Source of the DNA: Paramicrosporidium saccamoebae KSL3
Lineage: Eukaryota; Fungi; Cryptomycota
Length of the DNA: 32,000 bases
Assembly: GCA_002794465.1 (NCBI GenBank)
Contig: MTSL01000169.1
Location: 91,088-123,087, forward strand
Direction of reading: 5' to 3'
The notes beneath the pieces are model-generated. The model was given only the letters and a program-made list of their open reading frames with translations, was not told the DNA's origin and did no database searches. Numbering within the stretch: position 1 is the stretch's first letter; every line of letters starts with the position of its first letter. Of this stretch, positions 1 to 9,395 are shown piece by piece. A program made the translations under genes and the position numbers.

Positions 1-58
1 CTCTGCTAAGTCAGTTCACTTGTGATCGTCTCAAGGAAGTTTTTGAATAGAGTTTTTT

Positions 59-1204
59 TTATCTATAATATCTCGCTCTACCTTCTCTCGACCGCGATCG
101 TGACCGTGACCGCGACTGCGATGTAGAATATCTCCTAGACCGATATGAGCGAGAATGGTAATGTTCACTAGTTCGATTTCGAGATTCTGATAGACGGTCT
201 CGCGATCTAGAGGAGTGATCAGTCCGAGATTCTGCTGGACGGTCTCGTGATCCAGAGGAGTGATCATGTCGAGCTTCTGGTAGACGCTCCCTTGTCCCTG
301 AAGAATAGTCATCTCGAGAACCCGATTGATAGTCTTGTGACGAGGAAGGATCCTGATCTCTTGACCCAGATGGACAGTCTGTTTTCCTCTCGACATTTAA
401 AACTTTGGGCTGTGAATGCATCAAATCATCAGAAATTAGCGGGATATCAAAAACTACGTTCATCTCATAAACATTGCTCAACACTTGAGCACACTTGTCC
501 ATCTCCTCTTTCTCCACGTTAAAAACTTCGGCCCATTTATCCGGCAAGACCACCCCACACTCCTCAGCAGCCCAACTCACTGCTGCACAGGCTAAAACTG
601 CGGGCTGCCAACACACATAGGCAACAGTGCGGAGTCCGTCGTTGGTCAAATTAATGGCACGTTGTGCAAGACGGGGATCGTCGAGTTCAAGGGCATTCAG
701 ATAGTTGGCAAGAAGTCCTATGGGATGACGGGGCTGAACGTGGAATCCAAGCTCCCGCAAGACGCACATTTCGGCAGAGGTTGTTCTGTCCCTCCATTTG
801 TAATATTCATCCGCCACATAGTCCATTATCCGTATTGGTCGCGCTCCCCGTATTTCCTGGTGTAACCAAAAGTAAATATTAACGACATCCCGGATGCGAC
901 GACAACATTCCTCCACCTTTCCAGCAATCAGCGTGCAGGCCATTGCTACATCAAAAAGTGGCAGCTTCTTGACCGACTGCTGGCAGTAGAACTGCTGAAG
1001 GAGGATCTGTCCTGTCATAATTCCCGACTGCGGCATTTTCAACAGTCGTCCAGCCCGCTGCACAAGGTGACTACCAATATATCTGTAGCGCGTCTCCTCC
1101 TCCCACCTCATATCTTCTTTTTGCGAGGGACTCTGTCCAGCCACGAAAAAGGCATTATAGTCCACCAAGGGATTCAACCAGTCCACTCCCTCCAGCAGCG
1201 TCAT
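59..1204 (-). CDS. CCNL: Cyclin L (CDK11 partner) with C-terminal RS domain, 381 aa, intronless
   Basis: Cyclin box: SPSQKED..EE..YRYIGSHLVQRAGRLLKMPQ..I.TGQILLQQFY..S; MAC..IAGKVEE..RRIRDVVN; ELGFHVQPRHP. Tail SRSRSRSR. Confidence 0.92.
   Translation of the reverse strand: MTLLEGVDWLNPLVDYNAFFVAGQSPSQKEDMRWEEETRYRYIGSHLVQRAGRLLKMPQSGIMTGQILLQQFYCQQSVKKLPLFDVAMACTLIAGKVEECCRRIRDVVNIYFWLHQEIRGARPIRIMDYVADEYYKWRDRTTSAEMCVLRELGFHVQPRHPIGLLANYLNALELDDPRLAQRAINLTNDGLRTVAYVCWQPAVLACAAVSWAAEECGVVLPDKWAEVFNVEKEEMDKCAQVLSNVYEMNVVFDIPLISDDLMHSQPKVLNVERKTDCPSGSRDQDPSSSQDYQSGSRDDYSSGTRERLPEARHDHSSGSRDRPAESRTDHSSRSRDRLSESRNRTSEHYHSRSYRSRRYSTSQSRSRSRSRSREGRARYYR
181..315. repeat. Three 45-nt tandem units encoding 15-aa DHSSxSRDR repeats in the cyclin L RS region
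   Basis: Units start at 181, 226, 271: gagattctgatagacggtctcgcgatctagaggagtgatc / gagattctgctggacggtctcgtgatccagaggagtgatc / gagcttctggtagacgctccc... Confidence 0.85.
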
Positions 1205-1466
1205 TTAACAATTTATCGTCAATTTCCCATAAGTGGGATACATTGCTTACGACTGCAGGCCATAAGCGCCGAGCTAATACTGAACAGAGTAGATGGTACA
1301 TTTAGACAGCAGGGATGGGGGGTCTTGATTACAGACCTCACAAAAAGTCACTTTATTAAAAAACGTACTCCTTCTATAAGTGGCCACTTTCAGCACATCG
1401 AATTGGGCTTATGGGATAGATATCTTGATGGGGCCACCAATAGTGAGCAGATATTGTTGTAGAGTA

Positions 1467-1829
1467 TCATTTGTAGGCTGTCGTTGTGGCTGGACCATAA
1501 TAATTTGCACAGATTCTCCACAGAATATTGTGCATCCTCGCCCTCGGATGCGGCAATTTCATTGAAATGCTTTGCTCATATGGTGCAAATAGATCTACTT
1601 GGTAATTCAGAGTCTCGTCACTCGACAAGACTTTTAAGCATGCGTCTACCAAGTCGTATTTCCTGAGGGGTTGCATGATCACAAGCAAATCGAGACTAAG
1701 AATAGTCTCGTTTGCTCCATATTCCAACTGGGCCGAAGAGTGACTGGCGTCACCCGAGATACATATTTGACGCAATTCAACGTCGCTTGCCAAGACGGTG
1801 AGCGGGAACAAGAGCCAAGATAAGTGCAT
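1467..1829 (-). CDS. Signal-peptide protein resembling the N-half of PIG-X/PBN1 (GPI mannosyltransferase I subunit); C-half looks disrupted
   Basis: Signal peptide MHLSWLLFPLTVLA. Ordered PIG-X-like motifs RQ...GDASH, LLVIMQPLRKYDLVD (cf. LLI.Q.IP.GLYVD), VDLFAPYEQS (cf. FDIEAP..S), LPHPRARMH. No C-terminal TM helix in any frame. Confidence 0.4.
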   Translation of the reverse strand: MHLSWLLFPLTVLASDVELRQICISGDASHSSAQLEYGANETILSLDLLVIMQPLRKYDLVDACLKVLSSDETLNYQVDLFAPYEQSISMKLPHPRARMHNILWRICANYYGPATTTAYK

Positions 1830-1905
1830 GATGTTAACGGAGATATGCGATCAAGAGCTTTATATTAGTGGCGCAGTCTACATCCCAATCCGGCATATCT
1901 TGGAT

Positions 1906-2208
1906 CTAGCATAGGCCTTCCCGCGAATTTGAAATAATGCTTGTGGACTGAATTTTCTGTTCTGCATGGTTGAGTAGTTGTGAGAGTTGTCTGTCAAGCT
2001 CGACAGTGGTGAGTTGGTCGATGGGAGTGGAAAAGAGGTCGTCAGACTGACTGTCTCCATCTGATAATCCACTGCTATCATCGTCTGCAGGAACCATTTC
2101 CGTGACAAAGAGCTCTTCTCTTTTAGCAGCACCCTCCACTTCGGAAAGACCAAAGCAGCAAAATAAGCCTATGAAGCGCGTCAACACTGAATTCATGAGG
2201 TGCCACAA
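1906..2208 (-). CDS. Small hypothetical protein (hydrophobic N-terminus with CC motif, acidic middle)
   Basis: 100-codon ORF filling the gap between neighbours. Composition is protein-like (FIGLFCCFG; DDDSSGLSDGDSQSDD). No family recognised. Confidence 0.35.
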   Translation of the reverse strand: MWHLMNSVLTRFIGLFCCFGLSEVEGAAKREELFVTEMVPADDDSSGLSDGDSQSDDLFSTPIDQLTTVELDRQLSQLLNHAEQKIQSTSIISNSREGLC

Positions 2209-2341
2209 ATAAATATAGCCAATTTATGTACGACCCGGTTATCAAGGCGACTCGAAAATTTATAAACAAATCTATACATGGTGTAGCAATGTAGTAAAGG
2301 TGCTTCTTGTGGTGCTCACTGGACTTTTATGACTGCCTCCT

Positions 2342-3534
2342 CTAACCTTGTTTAAGCATGGCCGTCCTGAATGAAGGTAAAGAATAGTCGTCTTCAACAA
2401 AACTCAAAGAACCGTCATCGTCCTTGTCATCTGTAGTGGTACCATCTTCATCCTTGTCATCCGTGGTGGTGCCATCTTCATCCTCGTCGTCTGTAGTGGT
2501 ACTATCGTCATCATTCTCGGATAGTTCATGCTCGAGTTTATCTAATGTCTCTGAAAAGTTTAGTTTTCCTTCTTCCTCCGCTTCGGTAGCTTCAAAATCC
2601 TCAAAATTTTCCAGAGTATCAGCAACTGTTTTTCCAAATTCGCAAAGAAATTCTCTCATTTCAGAAGAGTCGGTAATTCGGCTCAATTTGCCATCAGCAT
2701 TATCATCCAGCTTGGATCTCTTGGTACCGATAGTCGTCCGTTTCACATTTTCAATCATCTCTTCTGAGAATCCGTTCATTTCTAATGATACAGAAACGCT
2801 GTTCCAGCCGATGACAGGCGCTTTAGGTCTTCCAACTCGAAACTGCTCCTCTACGACTAGCACATCCTGCACAACTTTTCTTGTCCATTCAATCAATATT
2901 CTCAAAAATTCACGCGCTGCCTGAACCGTTACCATGGCTTCAGAACTTCCAGTCAGCTCGGCAGCACGTTTCTGTAATCTATCAGGACGAAGTATCAGAT
3001 GCACAAAAGGGTCCTTCCGTCTATTTTTTTGCAGACTACGAACATCTGCCTCTTCTTTTTTACAAAGCAGCTCTGCATTTTCAATCTCCAACTCCAGGTC
3101 GTGTTCATTAGTAACTAGCGCCTCCTCCAGCCGTGGTGTCATATCAAATCCGGCATTATGCACTACAAGTTGTAAATAGAAATCTGATCATTACAATAGC
3201 GGCTCACGTCATCTAAAATAGCACAACGATATGCAGCATCGGTGGGCCGATACGGTCGATAATCTTTCCTAATGTGGACCCTCTCGTTGACGGCCTGCGC
3301 ATATCGGTCATAGTCCCCCCGACACGCGTACTTTTGCATGGCCTCGCCGGTGTATCGAATCTTTTGTAGACCGTAGCTCTGTGGGTGCGAAAATAGTCTT
3401 TTAATGCATTCATGCACCCGTCGTGTGTCTCTCACCCTGCCACCGGGAACTTTGCGTTTTCCTTCCAGTCGTTCCAGACTGTCCAGTTCCCTGTCATCCA
3501 GTTCAATAGGTGTCTCTGCCGCCGGTGGAATCAT
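2342..3534 (-). CDS. Histone-fold-like protein with acidic tail, candidate Rrn5 (Pol I UAF subunit)-like; joins track ORFs 3163..3534 and 2342..3163
   Basis: A 32-nt intron 3163..3194 (GTAATG...TTGTAG, phase 1) fuses the ORFs in frame (..DVSRY-L-HNAGFDM..). Segment AAREFLRILIEWTRKVVQDVL...VIGWNSVSVSLEMNG fits a histone-fold helix pattern. Further 5' introns are possible. Confidence 0.45.
2421..2510. repeat. Three 30-nt tandem units encoding DxDGTTTDDK acidic repeats
   Basis: tccttgtcatctgtagtggtaccatcttca / tccttgtcatccgtggtggtgccatcttca / tcctcgtcgtctgtagtggtactatcgtca. Confidence 0.9.
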
Positions 3535-3830
3535 CTAAAGGAAATTGTATTAAGCATATCGTCTACCTGTCACCTGTCGCGTAGTAAATAATCACCACGG
3601 ACTTTTTACTGCCGAGTAACTCACCGTAATATGTAAACATGAGGACAGTAATGTTTTGTGGTGGGAGTATTATCACGGCGTCAATATAACTGGGCGACAG
3701 GGAATTAACAGCTAATACGGATTCACCAGCATAGTGTCCACTACATTGGCGAGTCTATATTCCAAATATTGGAAAACACTCAGCACACAGGTAAATATTC
3801 CACTATTTCACAATAGTACAAGTAGTTTTA

Positions 3831-4235
3831 TTAACGAGTCAGGTTCCGAGCATTCCAGCATTGATGAATGGTCTTGCGCTTATTCCTCCGGTGTGTCGGT
3901 TTATGCAGGGACGACGTTGAATTTGATCGCTTGAGTTGGCTATCGAGAAAACTACCCCACGGACATTTACAGTTATCCAGCCAATTACACACAATGGACA
4001 TGCTATCTACAGCTGGCCCAATATAGGAGCCATGCTCGGCTATCCGAAACAGGTGGATAAGCTCCTCCATTTCGTTTGTCCCAAGAGCATCAACACTTGG
4101 CCGACGTGTCAGAGACAGAAAACTGTTACTATTAGAATCCGCAATGACAAGGGATTCAGTACCGGAAGTGGTGCAGCCAGGCATGACAAGACTAGGCGGC
4201 ACGTTCCAGCAAAAGTTTGTGGGTACCCCCAACAA
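3831..4235 (-). CDS. Possible hypothetical protein; gene structure unresolved
   Basis: Open frame of 134 codons (first ATG 4184) whose stop overlaps an AATAAA (cgt TAATAAAA). Competing open frames exist on both strands. Confidence 0.2.
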   Translation of the reverse strand: MLGVPTNFCWNVPPSLVMPGCTTSGTESLVIADSNSNSFLSLTRRPSVDALGTNEMEELIHLFRIAEHGSYIGPAVDSMSIVCNWLDNCKCPWGSFLDSQLKRSNSTSSLHKPTHRRNKRKTIHQCWNARNLTR

Positions 4236-4416
4236 AAAGTTGCATTAATTACCAAATGACGCCTCATCATGTGATTGGCCAGAAAAGTCATTATTACAAA
4301 GTTATCACGGCCAAGGAGATCAAGGAGCTTTGATCCGTTATATAGTCTCGTAGTAGTAATAAACTCTTTATCAGGGCGCCCAATCCATCATACCCTTGCA
4401 TCACGACACAGGTTAT

Positions 4417-7317
4417 TTAGTTTAAATTTGCAATAATCTCGGCATAGCCTTGACGAATCTGTCGTTCATAATCTTGTTTGCCCTCAATCAAGCGGCCGCA
4501 GAGGGACAAGCTAAGCTCGCAGAATTTCTTTGCCCAATCCATCTCACCAATTCTAATGCCATTAGTTTTGGCTATATAAAGTACTCGGTCACGGACTGAC
4601 TAACGTTAAAAGCAGTGATTATTAGCCATAGAATTTCATCTTGAGGGTACTACAAAGATTAAAATTATCAATTGCACGCTACGGAATCGGCCATCTGAAC
4701 AATGTCTTTGCCTTGAGAAATCAATTCAAACGTTTCTGCAAAATCTTCATCGATCAATGTACAGATGATCATTCCCCTAAAAAGCATGGAGAATCTCCTA
4801 ACACCATCGGCGTCAGTGTCCTTTAGATTCGACTCTGAAAGCTTTTGAAGCAAAACCAAGTATACTAGAACAAATGTCAAATGCAGGCCGTACTACCTTC
4901 AGATGGTATTTTGTGAGTGGTATGAATTAGAAAATGGACAATGGATTCTGCAGAAAGAGCTCCAATTTCCTACAGTCGTACTCGCCGCTACTTGGATTAC
5001 CGTAACAATTGACTTGTAGGTCTGGTCACCCTTTAGGATCAGCAAAAGAGCTTCAGTGACGCGGATCAGTGATTCGAGGCTGCTTCGTATCCTGTGCGCA
5101 GAGCTGTGGCCTCCGGCCTTCATGCGCTTTGTAGGCGCCAGTGGGCGCATCATTTCAATGTCATCCAGAAAGTCCTTGCCATCATTCAAGGCATGCTCCA
5201 CAGCTTTGATCAAATCAGAGTCGCAATATTTGCAATGAGCGAAAGCCTCCATAAGGATTGAAGCGAACATGATTCGTTTTTCATCATCATTACATTTCTT
5301 GGCTAGACATAGTGCCTTTGACGCAATTGCAATACATCTTTCGTGTTTCCCGGCATTGTACAAGTCAATGGCACAATTCCAAATTGAATCTAGCGCACTA
5401 GTTGACAATTTACTCAGCCCAACAACTACATGTCAGCAGTCTGTGATGAAAAGTACTCTTGGGTAAATACTTTTCAATATACTCAACACCATCAGGAAGC
5501 ATTCCCGACATTGAAGCAATGTTTTCAAGACAAATGCATCGCAGCTCATCTGATAGTCCTGATGCACTTAGCGCATCCTCGAGCGCTTTAATCGATTCGC
5601 CAGGAAATTGGCATTCAAAAAAGATTCGACTAATTTCTAGTAGCCACGCAGCTGAATATTGTGTTCGGTGCTTCTGGTAAACAGCCGATGCTACGCCATG
5701 GAATATAATCATAAGGGTACCTTGGTGTCTACGTCCCGCGCTGATGGCAATCTCAAAGATTATCAAGGAACCCAGCTCTGTATCTTCCACGTCTCTGGCA
5801 ACCTTTTCAGCTTCGTCCACCAAACTCATTTTTAAGAGGCACTGGGCCTTGAATCTACTGATTAAACCCCGATTGCTATTTCGCTACACTCGGTATCGTT
5901 GGATGTTAGAGGAATCGTCAGAAAGTCTTAGTAGCACATCCAGAAGACTTTGAGCGAGACTATATTTTGATTCCTACTAAATGACAAGATATTTACGTCA
6001 GTACTTTGAAACACTGTCGTGCCTTTTTGTACAGAATCGCTTCCAATTCCCAAATCTTTTTGATCCCTTTGATCCGGAACTCGTGACACTGCATCATATC
6101 CACCAGCATTGGCACTCCCTGGGCTGCTTGGATGGCCCCCAAAATTGTTGCTTTCAGAATAACATATGACGAAAATTCAGCATCGTTGACCTTTGACAAT
6201 GTCGATCGACCCTCAAAGCAGCTAAAAAGGTTCAATAGAATGTCTGGCCTAATTGTTTAGTCAATTTGACAGTTCTACTCGGTTGTCGCCTTCAACAGAG
6301 TGATAACTTGTATAAGCTCTTTTACTGTTAAATCAGAGGGAAGAGTTCCACTTGTGGAATCCACCTGTCTAGCCGTGTTGATAACCCTTCCGCAAGGTCG
6401 ATCAGAGATTGAGGGAAAAGCTTCAAAAAGCGCGCGGCAATCGTCTGGAGTTTTAAGTAAGCTCTTTTGCAGCATGTATTCAAGCGCAGATTCCACCAGA
6501 TCGACCGCCATGTCTTGAGTAAATACAGTTCCGCATGTCACCAAAGCCGAAAGCACGGCCCCTGCGTCGTTTGTGATGACAGAGTTCAAGACTTGTTTAA
6601 TGGCTCCTTTATCGAGTTCGCCATTAATTTTCTCCAAAGTCAACTTTACATCCTCAGAGTGTCCAAGATTCTAAAAGTAACTTTTCGGTCCCAATAGAAA
6701 CCATCAACAGCTCTGCTTCATATGCCACCTGCATAACTTGAGCTGATTTCACTTTTTGCGCCGCACTGAGCATGCCGAGACGCGATTTTAACTAGCGGTG
6801 TAAGTATTGAACGGAATGCTTACCATGAAAAGTTCTTGTAGATAGAGGGTACAGTAGCCAGGCTCCGGTAGTTCCAGAAATGCTTTTGATGCAAGCGCGC
6901 ACATATGCATGGCATCTAGCATTCCTAGTCAATGTTAGTGTCACAACTGCCAAGTAATTACCATCATCGTCAAGATACTCCAATGACGTCCCTTTGAGTA
7001 AGAGAATGGCTAGCTCACGACCTAAACAATGATCCTACTGACATTCCTCTACCATATGCAGCAATCTTTTGTGTTATCATGGATTTTTGAGAGTTTCCGT
7101 TACCAAGGTGCACCATGTGGTTCCATAATTGAATTGCTTCAATAAAAAATGGAGTGTGAGCCATACCTTCACTGCGGCAGTCACCAGGCTGTAAATCACC
7201 TCTTGAGATGCACTCTGTCAATGTTGCCTTGGCATCATGGATGGCAGTCAGACATTCTTGACTATAGTCGGCAACTTTGAGATGCGCAAATAGACTTGCA
7301 AGCTTTGTCTCCAGCAT
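4417..7317 (-). CDS. SPO22: Meiotic TPR protein ZIP4/SPO22/TEX11, 14 introns, about 820 aa, reading frame intact
   Basis: Introns: 7137-7166, 7022-7052, 6925-6961, 6792-6823, 6671-6701, 6249-6278, 5974-6004, 5858-5887, 5691-5720, 5426-5456, 4970-5000, 4865-4896, 4650-4682, 4572-4600. They total 438 nt; 2901-438=2463 nt = 821 codons with no internal stop. Family motifs: EAIQLWNHMVHLG; LYKKARQCFKESKYSLAQ; IWNCAIDLYNAGKHERC; C-terminal YPQDEILWLIITAFN...AKKFCELSLSLCGRLIEGKQDYERQIRQGYAEII (cf. TEX11 YPEMEILWL..SWN..AEKWCGLAL..L...KESYETQM..LYSQL). Confidence 0.85.
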
Positions 7318-7332
7318 CAATGTCGAATTTAT

Positions 7333-8157
7333 TCATGCGTTAATGTGTAATACGAGTTTTCTTCCATAAATGGAAACGGCCGCATAAAGGTCTTCATTAT
7401 CGCCGACTTGGATTGAATCCCCGTCCTTGTCTTTGAACGTCAGAGAAAGGCTCGAGTCTTCAGGTATGCCCGACTTTTCCTTAATAAGTCTATCAACTAG
7501 CTCAAAGGAACAGCCCGGATCATACTCGAAAGCAAGAATGTCTCCACGACACTTTACTTTTACACGGATCTGCGACTGTGCTATGCTCAGAGACCTTTTG
7601 CTTGAATTTGTCATCGACAAGGACGGTACATTACTGTGGAGCGATACACGATCTAAGAGAGAATTGGTTCTGCTTGGCGTGCTAGGAATTTCTGTCATTC
7701 TAGGGATCTCTGAGTGGGAGTCATGCTCTGTTGGTAGAAAGAAATCAAGAACCACTCGTGTTCTACTAATATATGGTGGCAAGATGAGCAGATCGCGACA
7801 GTACTTGTCCACTGCTTGCCGCAGCTTTAGAACCATTTTGGACGGACTTGACAGAATCATCAAGACTCGCTTTGTTGCTGGACAGGAGGGCAGTATCCGC
7901 CGATGCCCACGACGTCCAGCCTCTACTGGAAAAATGACTTTGAGAGATTCAGAGAGCTTTTGAAAGGAGGAGAGGGATTTGCGGAGATGCCAGGAGCCAG
8001 TAAGATTCTCGATGAGCAACTCAAGATGGGGATTGTTTCGGTCTGTAATATCGGCTTGGAGGGTTCTGGCCTTGGATATCTGGCATCCAGCCACCACGGA
8101 AGACATGTGGGACCTCCACCTCTCCAATTCTTGATGTGCTGCTATCTTGTCTTGCAT
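7333..8157 (-). CDS. Bem1/Scd2-like PX + PB1 polarity scaffold lacking the N-terminal SH3 domains
   Basis: Bem1-type PX signature FPVEAGRRGHRRILP and LPPYISRTRVVLDFF. PB1 IRVKVKCRGDI...LTFKDKDGDSIQVGDNEDL. In-frame stop 5 codons upstream of the ATG. Confidence 0.75.
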   Translation of the reverse strand: MQDKIAAHQELERWRSHMSSVVAGCQISKARTLQADITDRNNPHLELLIENLTGSWHLRKSLSSFQKLSESLKVIFPVEAGRRGHRRILPSCPATKRVLMILSSPSKMVLKLRQAVDKYCRDLLILPPYISRTRVVLDFFLPTEHDSHSEIPRMTEIPSTPSRTNSLLDRVSLHSNVPSLSMTNSSKRSLSIAQSQIRVKVKCRGDILAFEYDPGCSFELVDRLIKEKSGIPEDSSLSLTFKDKDGDSIQVGDNEDLYAAVSIYGRKLVLHINA

Positions 8158-8256
8158 CCGAACAGAATGCCGCTAGCGTGTCATGCAGGCAAATAGACCC
8201 ACAGAATCACAGCATGACAGACGTACTGGTAATTTCTACCGCCGTTTCATTAGAAC

Positions 8257-8340
8257 GGCAAGATGGTCGAGTGGTCTAAGACGTTAGATTCAGGTTCTAA
8301 TCTCAGAAATGGGGCAAGGGTTCGAATCCCTTTCTTGTCA
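8257..8340 (+). tRNA. tRNA-Leu(CAG), intronless, long variable arm
   Basis: Acceptor GGCAAGA/TCTTGTC with discriminator A; D arm GTCGAGTGGTCTAAGAC; anticodon stem TTAGA/TCTAA with loop TT-CAG-GT (CAG 8291-8293); T arm AAGGG-TTCGAAT-CCCTT; TTTT terminator at 8345. Confidence 0.95.
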
Positions 8341-8479
8341 ATACTTTTGCAGTGCCTGTCTAGTTGAATTTTGTCTTATTTGTATCTCCAATGTAATAGC
8401 TATGATTTTACAAAAGCTGCGAGTAGTCTACAAATTAGCAGAGTATCAACAAAGGTGATCTCTGGGTGCCGGGGATGGG

Positions 8480-9325
8480 ATGACGATGGAGGCGAACCCT
8501 CTAGAGCTCGCTCTTCAGCAGCTTGCCAAGACCATGGGAGTAAATCTCCCTGGAGGCGAGCAACCTGTAAAAACTGAACAAAATATACAGAAGCCAGCAG
8601 CCGCCGAGGCTGCAAATGTAGTCTCGGAAGAAGAAGGAGAACTGCTCGAGGAGCCAGACCCTTTTGTCAACCGAAAACGGGGGCAGCTCGAAGGGTCAGA
8701 CCCTTCTGTCAACCGAAAACGAGACCAGAGACGGTCGCCCAGAAAGTCAGCGCCAACATTTACGGGCGAAGTCGACGCAGAGAGTCTTCTCCGCGGCCCA
8801 AAAACCCCCAAGATGAAGCGTCCCCGGGTTGACAAAGTTGTACGACAAGAAAAAAAGGAACGCCCCAAGGTGCCTTGTCGGTATTGGATGGAAGGGAAAT
8901 GCAGCAAAGGTGATGAGTGTACCTTTTCACACGCTAGCCGCCCAAACCGATCTGTGGAGGATGCCAAGAGTGAAGATGTGTGTCGTTTCCACATTGCGGG
9001 AAACTGTTTGAAGGGAGACAACTGCATGTATAGTCACGATCTGTCCAAAGTCCCATGCAAATTCTTCCATGTGAAGGGGGACTGCGGAGCGGGTGCATCA
9101 TGTAGATTTTCACACGGTGCTATTAGTGAACAGGAGAGACATTTGTTGTTTGTAGAAATGATGGGGACGAGAGATCCACGATTACCGCAGTCTAATGCGC
9201 CTGCCCGGCCGATCTCTCCGCCTCCATCACGGCCCGCTGTCACAATCGCTGTCCTGACCAGGAATCCGACCATGATTCTAGATCCCGAGGTACAGAAATA
9301 CAATCCATTTGGATCGCCATTTTAG
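8480..9325 (+). CDS. Triple CCCH zinc-finger RNA-binding protein (ZC3H4/6/8-like)
   Basis: CRYWMEGKCSKGDECTFSH, CRFHIAGNCLKGDNCMYSH, CKFFHVKGDCGAGASCRFSH (C-x7/8-C-x5-C-x3-H). Confidence 0.85.
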   Translation: MTMEANPLELALQQLAKTMGVNLPGGEQPVKTEQNIQKPAAAEAANVVSEEEGELLEEPDPFVNRKRGQLEGSDPSVNRKRDQRRSPRKSAPTFTGEVDAESLLRGPKTPKMKRPRVDKVVRQEKKERPKVPCRYWMEGKCSKGDECTFSHASRPNRSVEDAKSEDVCRFHIAGNCLKGDNCMYSHDLSKVPCKFFHVKGDCGAGASCRFSHGAISEQERHLLFVEMMGTRDPRLPQSNAPARPISPPPSRPAVTIAVLTRNPTMILDPEVQKYNPFGSPF

Positions 9326-9395
9326 AATTTGTATAATAAAACTAATCATACCGCACAAATGGATCAATACTGGCCCGTTGTAACCCTGGCTCATA

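Noticed and set aside
1410-1420. In-frame TAA within the PIG-X-like +1 frame as a sign of stop-codon reassignment
   Set aside because: TAA, TAG and TGA all terminate conserved genes in this window at the expected positions (e.g. RPL15 TAA, BOS1 TAG, NPC2-like TGA).
3535-3566. Intron-like 32-mer directly before ATG 3534 as a link to an upstream coding exon
   Set aside because: All three upstream frames hit stops at or near the junction, so at most it is a 5' UTR intron. It is not annotated as coding.
3600-7320. Lower-GC run of short same-strand ORFs that looked like a viral, horizontally acquired or pseudogene island
   Set aside because: 4417-7317 resolves into one stop-free ZIP4/SPO22 gene once 14 tiny introns are removed.
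8257-8340. tRNA with CAG anticodon as a possible sign of CUG codon reassignment
   Set aside because: Discriminator A73, U33 and the overall sequence are those of a standard tRNA-Leu; no Ser or Ala identity elements are visible.
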